Origin: Blastocystis sp. Blastoise
Lineage: Eukaryota > Protista > Bigyra: Opalinata
Assembly: GCA_039096225.1 (NCBI GenBank)
Contig: JBBPEB010000025.1
Location: 806,001 to 870,000 of the forward strand
Direction: 5' to 3'
DNA: 64,000 nucleotides
Shown here: in pieces, positions 55,401 through 64,000 of the stretch
Position numbering within the stretch: position 1 is the stretch's first letter
Layout: every line of letters starts with the position of its first letter
Translations under genes and position numbers: made by a program
The notes under the pieces: generated by a model
What the model saw: the letters and a program-made list of their open reading frames with translations, nothing else
Database searches by the model: none
What the model was told of the DNA's origin: nothing

Positions 55401-58400
55401 GTCCATCTGGTTCTTATGGTAATGAAACTGGTCTTTATAATAATAATTGTAGTGGTAAATGTTTAGAAGGTTATTATTGTTTAGAAGGATCTATATCATC
55501 AATTGAAAATGAATGTGGTAATGCAAATGTATATTGTCCTTTAGGTTCTTCTTCTCCTATTAATGTTCCTTTAGGTTCTTATTCTATTCCTCTTGATGTT
55601 AATTCTACAATTCGTTCTAATTTTGTTATTTGTGAAGAAGGTAATTATTGTATAGAAGGTATTAAATATTCTTGTCCATCTGGTTCTTATGGTAATGAAA
55701 CTGGTCTTTATAATAATAATTGTAGTGGTAAATGTTTAGAAGGTTATTATTGTTTAGAAGGATCTATATCATCAATTGAAAATGAATGTGGTAATGCAAA
55801 TGTATATTGTCCTTTAGGTTCTTCTTCTCCTATTAATGTTCCTTTAGGTTCTTATTCTATTCCTCTTGATGTTAATTCTACAATTCGTTCTAATTTTGTT
55901 ATTTGTGAAGAAGGTAATTATTGTATAGAAGGTATTAAATATTCTTGTCCATCTGGTTCTTATGGTAATGAAACTGGTCTTTATAATAATAATTGTAGTG
56001 GTAAATGTTTAGAAGGTTATTATTGTTTAGAAGGATCTATATCATCAATTGAAAATGAATGTGGTAATGCAAATGTATATTGTCCTTTAGGTTCTTCTTC
56101 TCCTATTAATGTTCCTTTAGGTTCTTATTCTATTCCTCTTGATGTTAATTCTACAATTCGTTCTAATTTTGTTATTTGTGAAGAAGGTAATTATTGTATA
56201 GAAGGTATTAAATATTCTTGTCCATCTGGTTCTTATGGTAATGAAACTGGTCTTTATAATAATAATTGTAGTGGTAAATGTTTAGAAGGTTATTATTGTT
56301 TAGAAGGATCTATATCATCAATTGAAAATGAATGTGGTAATGCAAATGTATATTGTCCTTTAGGTTCTTCTTCTCCTATTAATGTTCCTTTAGGTTCTTA
56401 TTCTATTCCTCTTGATGTTAATTCTACAATTCGTTCTAATTTTGTTATTTGTGAAGAAGGTAATTATTGTATAGAAGGTATTAAATATTCTTGTCCATCT
56501 GGTTCTTATGGTAATGAAACTGGTCTTTATAATAATAATTGTAGTGGTAAATGTTTAGAAGGTTATTATTGTTTAGAAGGATCTATATCATCAATTGAAA
56601 ATGAATGTGGTAATGCAAATGTATATTGTCCTTTAGGTTCTTCTTCTCCTATTAATGTTCCTTTAGGTTCTTATTCTATTCCTCTTGATGTTAATTCTAC
56701 AATTCGTTCTAATTTTGTTATTTGTGAAGAAGGTAATTATTGTATAGAAGGTATTAAATATTCTTGTCCATCTGGTTCTTATGGTAATGAAACTGGTCTT
56801 TATAATAATAATTGTAGTGGTAAATGTTTAGAAGGTTATTATTGTTTAGAAGGATCTATATCATCAATTGAAAATGAATGTGGTAATGCAAATGTATATT
56901 GTCCTTTAGGTTCTTCTTCTCCTATTAATGTTCCTTTAGGTTCTTATTCTATTCCTCTTGATGTTAATTCTACAATTCGTTCTAATTTTGTTATTTGTGA
57001 AGAAGGTAATTATTGTATAGAAGGTATTAAATATTCTTGTCCATCTGGTTCTTATGGTAATGAAACTGGTCTTTATAATAATAATTGTAGTGGTAAATGT
57101 TTAGAAGGTTATTATTGTTTAGAAGGATCTATATCATCAATTGAAAATGAATGTGGTAATGCAAATGTATATTGTCCTTTAGGTTCTTCTTCTCCTATTA
57201 ATGTTCCTTTAGGTTCTTATTCTATTCCTCTTGATGTTAATTCTACAATTCGTTCTAATTTTGTTATTTGTGAAGAAGGTAATTATTGTATAGAAGGTAT
57301 TAAATATTCTTGTCCATCTGGTTCTTATGGTAATGAAACTGGTCTTTATAATAATAATTGTAGTGGTAAATGTTTAGAAGGTTATTATTGTTTAGAAGGA
57401 TCTATATCATCAATTGAAAAATGAATGTGGTAATGCAAATGTATATTGTCCTTTAGGTTCTTCTTCTCCTATTAATGTTCCTTTAGGTTCTTATTCTATT
57501 CCTCTTGATGTTAATTCTACAATTCGTTCTAATTTTGTTATTTGTGAAGAAGGTAATTATTGTATAGAAGGTATTAAATATTCTTGTCCATCTGGTTCTT
57601 ATGGTAATGAAACTGGTCTTTATAATAATAATTGTAGTGGTAAATGTTTAGAAGGTTATTATTGTTTAGAAGGATCTATATCATCAATTGAAAATGAATG
57701 TGGTAATGCAAATGTATATTGTCCTTTAGGTTCTTCTTCTCCTATTAATGTTCCTTTAGGTTCTTATTCTATTCCTCTTGATGTTAATTCTACAATTCGT
57801 TCTAATTTTGTTATTTGTGAAGAAGGTAATTATTGTATAGAAGGTATTAAATATTCTTGTCCATCTGGTTCTTATGGTAATGAAACTGGTCTTTATAATA
57901 ATAATTGTAGTGGTAAATGTTTAGAAGGTTATTATTGTTTAGAAGGATCTATATCATCAATTGAAAATGAATGTGGTAATGCAAATGTATATTGTCCTTT
58001 AGGTTCTTCTTCTCCTATTAATGTTCCTTTAGGTTCTTATTCTATTCCTCTTGATGTTAATTCTACAATTCGTTCTAATTTTGTTATTTGTGAAGAAGGT
58101 AATTATTGTATAGAAGGTATTAAATATTCTTGTCCATCTGGTTCTTATGGTAATGAAACTGGTCTTTATAATAATAATTGTAGTGGTAAATGTTTAGAAG
58201 GTTATTATTGTTTAGAAGGATCTATATCATCAATTGAAAATGAATGTGGTAATGCAAATGTATATTGTCCTTTAGGTTCTTCTTCTCCTATTAATGTTCC
58301 TTTAGGTTCTTATTCTATTCCTCTTGATGTTAATTCTACAATTCGTTCTAATTTTGTTATTTGTGAAGAAGGTAATTATTGTATAGAAGGTATTAAATAT

Positions 58401-61400
58401 TCTTGTCCATCTGGTTCTTATGGTAATGAAACTGGTCTTTATAATAATAATTGTAGTGGTAAATGTTTAGAAGGTTATTATTGTTTAGAAGGATCTATAT
58501 CATCAATTGAAAATGAATGTGGTAATGCAAATGTATATTGTCCTTTAGGTTCTTCTTCTCCTATTAATGTTCCTTTAGGTTCTTATTCTATTCCTCTTGA
58601 TGTTAATTCTACAATTCGTTCTAATTTTGTTATTTGTGAAGAAGGTAATTATTGTATAGAAGGTATTAAATATTCTTGTCCATCTGGTTCTTATGGTAAT
58701 GAAACTGGTCTTTATAATAATAATTGTAGTGGTAAATGTTTAGAAGGTTATTATTGTTTAGAAGGATCTATATCATCAATTGAAAATGAATGTGGTAATG
58801 CAAATGTATATTGTCCTTTAGGTTCTTCTTCTCCTATTAATGTTCCTTTAGGTTCTTATTCTATTCCTCTTGATGTTAATTCTACAATTCGTTCTAATTT
58901 TGTTATTTGTGAAGAAGGTAATTATTGTATAGAAGGTATTAAATATTCTTGTCCATCTGGTTCTTATGGTAATGAAACTGGTCTTTATAATAATAATTGT
59001 AGTGGTAAATGTTTAGAAGGTTATTATTGTTTAGAAGGATCTATATCATCAATTGAAAATGAATGTGGTAATGCAAATGTATATTGTCCTTTAGGTTCTT
59101 CTTCTCCTATTAATGTTCCTTTAGGTTCTTATTCTATTCCTCTTGATGTTAATTCTACAATTCGTTCTAATTTTGTTATTTGTGAAGAAGGTAATTATTG
59201 TATAGAAGGTATTAAATATTCTTGTCCATCTGGTTCTTATGGTAATGAAACTGGTCTTTATAATAATAATTGTAGTGGTAAATGTTTAGAAGGTTATTAT
59301 TGTTTAGAAGGATCTATATCATCAATTGAAAATGAATGTGGTAATGCAAATGTATATTGTCCTTTAGGTTCTTCTTCTCCTATTAATGTTCCTTTAGGTT
59401 CTTATTCTATTCCTCTTGATGTTAATTCTACAATTCGTTCTAATTTTGTTATTTGTGAAGAAGGTAATTATTGTATAGAAGGTATTAAATATTCTTGTCC
59501 ATCTGGTTCTTATGGTAATGAAACTGGTCTTTATAATAATAATTGTAGTGGTAAATGTTTAGAAGGTTATTATTGTTTAGAAGGATCTATATCATCAATT
59601 GAAAATGAATGTGGTAATGCAAATGTATATTGTCCTTTAGGTTCTTCTTCTCCTATTAATGTTCCTTTAGGTTCTTATTCTATTCCTCTTGATGTTAATT
59701 CTACAATTCGTTCTAATTTTGTTATTTGTGAAGAAGGTAATTATTGTATAGAAGGTATTAAATATTCTTGTCCATCTGGTTCTTATGGTAATGAAACTGG
59801 TCTTTATAATAATAATTGTAGTGGTAAATGTTTAGAAGGTTATTATTGTTTAGAAGGATCTATATCATCAATTGAAAATGAATGTGGTAATGCAAATGTA
59901 TATTGTCCTTTAGGTTCTTCTTCTCCTATTAATGTTCCTTTAGGTTCTTATTCTATTCCTCTTGATGTTAATTCTACAATTCGTTCTAATTTTGTTATTT
60001 GTGAAGAAGGTAATTATTGTATAGAAGGTATTAAATATTCTTGTCCATCTGGTTCTTATGGTAATGAAACTGGTCTTTATAATAATAATTGTAGTGGTAA
60101 ATGTTTAGAAGGTTATTATTGTTTAGAAGGATCTATATCATCAATTGAAAATGAATGTGGTAATGCAAATGTATATTGTCCTTTAGGTTCTTCTTCTCCT
60201 ATTAATGTTCCTTTAGGTTCTTATTCTATTCCTCTTGATGTTAATTCTACAATTCGTTCTAATTTTGTTATTTGTGAAGAAGGTAATTATTGTATAGAAG
60301 GTATTAAATATTCTTGTCCATCTGGTTCTTATGGTAATGAAACTGGTCTTTATAATAATAATTGTAGTGGTAAATGTTTAGAAGGTTATTATTGTTTAGA
60401 AGGATCTATATCATCAATTGAAAATGAATGTGGTAATGCAAATGTATATTGTCCTTTAGGTTCTTCTTCTCCTATTAATGTTCCTTTAGGTTCTTATTCT
60501 ATTCCTCTTGATGTTAATTCTACAATTCGTTCTAATTTTGTTATTTGTGAAGAAGGTAATTATTGTATAGAAGGTATTAAATATTCTTGTCCATCTGGTT
60601 CTTATGGTAATGAAACTGGTCTTTATAATAATAATTGTAGTGGTAAATGTTTAGAAGGTTATTATTGTTTAGAAGGATCTATATCATCAATTGAAAATGA
60701 ATGTGGTAATGCAAATGTATATTGTCCTTTAGGTTCTTCTTCTCCTATTAATGTTCCTTTAGGTTCTTATTCTATTCCTCTTGATGTTAATTCTACAATT
60801 CGTTCTAATTTTGTTATTTGTGAAGAAGGTAATTATTGTATAGAAGGTATTAAATATTCTTGTCCATCTGGTTCTTATGGTAATGAAACTGGTCTTTATA
60901 ATAATAATTGTAGTGGTAAATGTTTAGAAGGTTATTATTGTTTAGAAGGATCTATATCATCAATTGAAAATGAATGTGGTAATGCAAATGTATATTGTCC
61001 TTTAGGTTCTTCTTCTCCTATTAATGTTCCTTTAGGTTCTTATTCTATTCCTCTTGATGTTAATTCTACAATTCGTTCTAATTTTGTTATTTGTGAAGAA
61101 GGTAATTATTGTATAGAAGGTATTAAATATTCTTGTCCATCTGGTTCTTATGGTAATGAAACTGGTCTTTATAATAATAATTGTAGTGGTAAATGTTTAG
61201 AAGGTTATTATTGTTTAGAAGGATCTATATCATCAATTGAAAATGAATGTGGTAATGCAAATGTATATTGTCCTTTAGGTTCTTCTTCTCCTATTAATGT
61301 TCCTTTAGGTTCTTATTCTATTCCTCTTGATGTTAATTCTACAATTCGTTCTAATTTTGTTATTTGTGAAGAAGGTAATTATTGTATAGAAGGTATTAAA

Positions 61401-64000
61401 TATTCTTGTCCATCTGGTTCTTATGGTAATGAAACTGGTCTTTATAATAATAATTGTAGTGGTAAATGTTTAGAAGGTTATTATTGTTTAGAAGGATCTA
61501 TATCATCAATTGAAAATGAATGTGGTAATGCAAATGTATATTGTCCTTTAGGTTCTTCTTCTCCTATTAATGTTCCTTTAGGTTCTTATTCTATTCCTCT
61601 TGATGTTAATTCTACAATTCGTTCTAATTTTGTTATTTGTGAAGAAGGTAATTATTGTATAGAAGGTATTAAATATTCTTGTCCATCTGGTTCTTATGGT
61701 AATGAAACTGGTCTTTATAATAATAATTGTAGTGGTAAATGTTTAGAAGGTTATTATTGTTTAGAAGGATCTATATCATCAATTGAAAATGAATGTGGTA
61801 ATGCAAATGTATATTGTCCTTTAGGTTCTTCTTCTCCTATTAATGTTCCTTTAGGTTCTTATTCTATTCCTCTTGATGTTAATTCTACAATTCGTTCTAA
61901 TTTTGTTATTTGTGAAGAAGGTAATTATTGTATAGAAGGTATTAAATATTCTTGTCCATCTGGTTCTTATGGTAATGAAACTGGTCTTTATAATAATAAT
62001 TGTAGTGGTAAATGTTTAGAAGGTTATTATTGTTTAGAAGGATCTATATCATCAATTGAAAATGAATGTGGTAATGCAAATGTATATTGTCCTTTAGGTT
62101 CTTCTTCTCCTATTAATGTTCCTTTAGGTTCTTATTCTATTCCTCTTGATGTTAATTCTACAATTCGTTCTAATTTTGTTATTTGTGAAGAAGGTAATTA
62201 TTGTATAGAAGGTATTAAATATTCTTGTCCATCTGGTTCTTATGGTAATGAAACTGGTCTTTATAATAATAATTGTAGTGGTAAATGTTTAGAAGGTTAT
62301 TATTGTTTAGAAGGATCTATATCATCAATTGAAAATGAATGTGGTAATGCAAATGTATATTGTCCTTTAGGTTCTTCTTCTCCTATTAATGTTCCTTTAG
62401 GTTCTTATTCTATTCCTCTTGATGTTAATTCTACAATTCGTTCTAATTTTGTTATTTGTGAAGAAGGTAATTATTGTATAGAAGGTATTAAATATTCTTG
62501 TCCATCTGGTTCTTATGGTAATGAAACTGGTCTTTATAATAATAATTGTAGTGGTAAATGTTTAGAAGGTTATTATTGTTTAGAAGGATCTATATCATCA
62601 ATTGAAAATGAATGTGGTAATGCAAATGTATATTGTCCTTTAGGTTCTTCTTCTCCTATTAATGTTCCTTTAGGTTCTTATTCTATTCCTCTTGATGTTA
62701 ATTCTACAATTCGTTCTAATTTTGTTATTTGTGAAGAAGGTAATTATTGTATAGAAGGTATTAAATATTCTTGTCCATCTGGTTCTTATGGTAATGAAAC
62801 TGGTCTTTATAATAATAATTGTAGTGGTAAATGTTTAGAAGGTTATTATTGTTTAGAAGGATCTATATCATCAATTGAAAATGAATGTGGTAATGCAAAT
62901 GTATATTGTCCTTTAGGTTCTTCTTCTCCTATTAATGTTCCTTTAGGTTCTTATTCTATTCCTCTTGATGTTAATTCTACAATTCGTTCTAATTTTGTTA
63001 TTTGTGAAGAAGGTAATTATTGTATAGAAGGTATTAAATATTCTTGTCCATCTGGTTCTTATGGTAATGAAACTGGTCTTTATAATAATAATTGTAGTGG
63101 TAAATGTTTAGAAGGTTATTATTGTTTAGAAGGATCTATATCATCAATTGAAAATGAATGTGGTAATGCAAATGTATATTGTCCTTTAGGTTCTTCTTCT
63201 CCTATTAATGTTCCTTTAGGTTCTTATTCTATTCCTCTTGATGTTAATTCTACAATTCGTTCTAATTTTGTTATTTGTGAAGAAGGTAATTATTGTATAG
63301 AAGGTATTAAATATTCTTGTCCATCTGGTTCTTATGGTAATGAAACTGGTCTTTATAATAATAATTGTAGTGGTAAATGTTTAGAAGGTTATTATTGTTT
63401 AGAAGGATCTATATCATCAATTGAAAATGAATGTGGTAATGCAAATGTATATTGTCCTTTAGGTTCTTCTTCTCCTATTAATGTTCCTTTAGGTTCTTAT
63501 TCTATTCCTCTTGATGTTAATTCTACAATTCGTTCTAATTTTGTTATTTGTGAAGAAGGTAATTATTGTATAGAAGGTATTAAATATTCTTGTCCATCTG
63601 GTTCTTATGGTAATGAAACTGGTCTTTATAATAATAATTGTAGTGGTAAATGTTTAGAAGGTTATTATTGTTTAGAAGGATCTATATCATCAATTGAAAA
63701 TGAATGTGGTAATGCAAATGTATATTGTCCTTTAGGTTCTTCTTCTCCTATTAATGTTCCTTTAGGTTCTTATTCTATTCCTCTTGATGTTAATTCTACA
63801 ATTCGTTCTAATTTTGTTATTTGTGAAGAAGGTAATTATTGTATAGAAGGTATTAAATATTCTTGTCCATCTGGTTCTTATGGTAATGAAACTGGTCTTT
63901 ATAATAATAATTGTAGTGGTAAATGTTTAGAAGGTTATTATTGTTTAGAAGGATCTATATCATCAATTGAAAATGAATGTGGTAATGCAAATGTATATTG
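13462..64000 (+). CDS. Giant secreted/surface cysteine-rich repeat protein (CxxGxYC, ephrin-receptor-like/GCC2-GCC3-type modules), >=~16,800 aa, 3' end outside the window
   Basis: ATG at 13462 begins a signal-peptide-like MQNFKTAIFLLWLFFIPGFC. Introns at 13616-13650, 13693-13727, 13821-13856, 13937-13969 and 14049-14086 (33-38 nt, GT-AG) splice in frame into the exon starting at 14087, which is the frame of ORF 14038-53802. The frame is broken only by +1 T (53795-53798) and +1 A (57417-57421). After the second break the repeat frame stays open to 64000. Confidence 0.85.
14233..64000 (+). repeat. Coding tandem array, 273-bp/91-aa unit x ~182, near-perfect identity
   Basis: Unit KCLEGYYCLEGSISSIENECGNANVYCPLGSSSPINVPLGSYSIPLDVNSTIRSNFVICEEGNYCIEGIKYSCPSGSYGNETGLYNNNCSG. 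The 60-nt display lines recur every 5460 nt (20 x 273). 49,768/273 = ~182.3 copies. Confidence 0.98.

Noticed and set aside
53777-57424. Separate 1215-aa gene
   Set aside because: It is the same repeat array between two single-base insertions, and its ATG is an out-of-frame triplet of the unit.
14233-64000. CRISPR array or non-coding satellite/centromere
   Set aside because: There are no variable spacers. The unit is a multiple of 3, stop-free in one frame, has patterned Cys motifs and is joined in frame to signal-peptide exons.

Overview
Very AT-rich, intron-containing eukaryotic DNA. The GT-AG introns are short (mostly 33-45 nt), which suggests a compact-intron protist; a Blastocystis-like organism is one possibility, but that is inference only. 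The window has four parts. (1) 1698-3365: an 8-exon S1/P1-family nuclease gene with a signal peptide and a C-terminal membrane anchor. (2) 5125-9794: a nest of hAT-superfamily DNA transposon pieces, in which a truncated DDE transposase is interrupted and flanked by non-autonomous copies carrying the same TIR (TAGAGCGGTTCAAAAGTTGCGACA), one with a perfect 8-bp TSD. (3) 11279-11886: two 181-bp hAT-type MITEs in inverted orientation, each with its own 8-bp TSD, plus degenerate relics nearby. (4) 13462 to beyond 64000: one giant gene for a secreted or surface cysteine-rich protein. Five small exons encode a signal peptide and a diverged repeat unit, followed by a single exon of >49.9 kb made of about 182 nearly identical 273-bp (91-aa, 8-Cys) tandem units that runs off the window end (about 16,800 aa so far). 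I saw only four deviations in the array: one SNP, one 5-substitution patch and two +1 homopolymer insertions.
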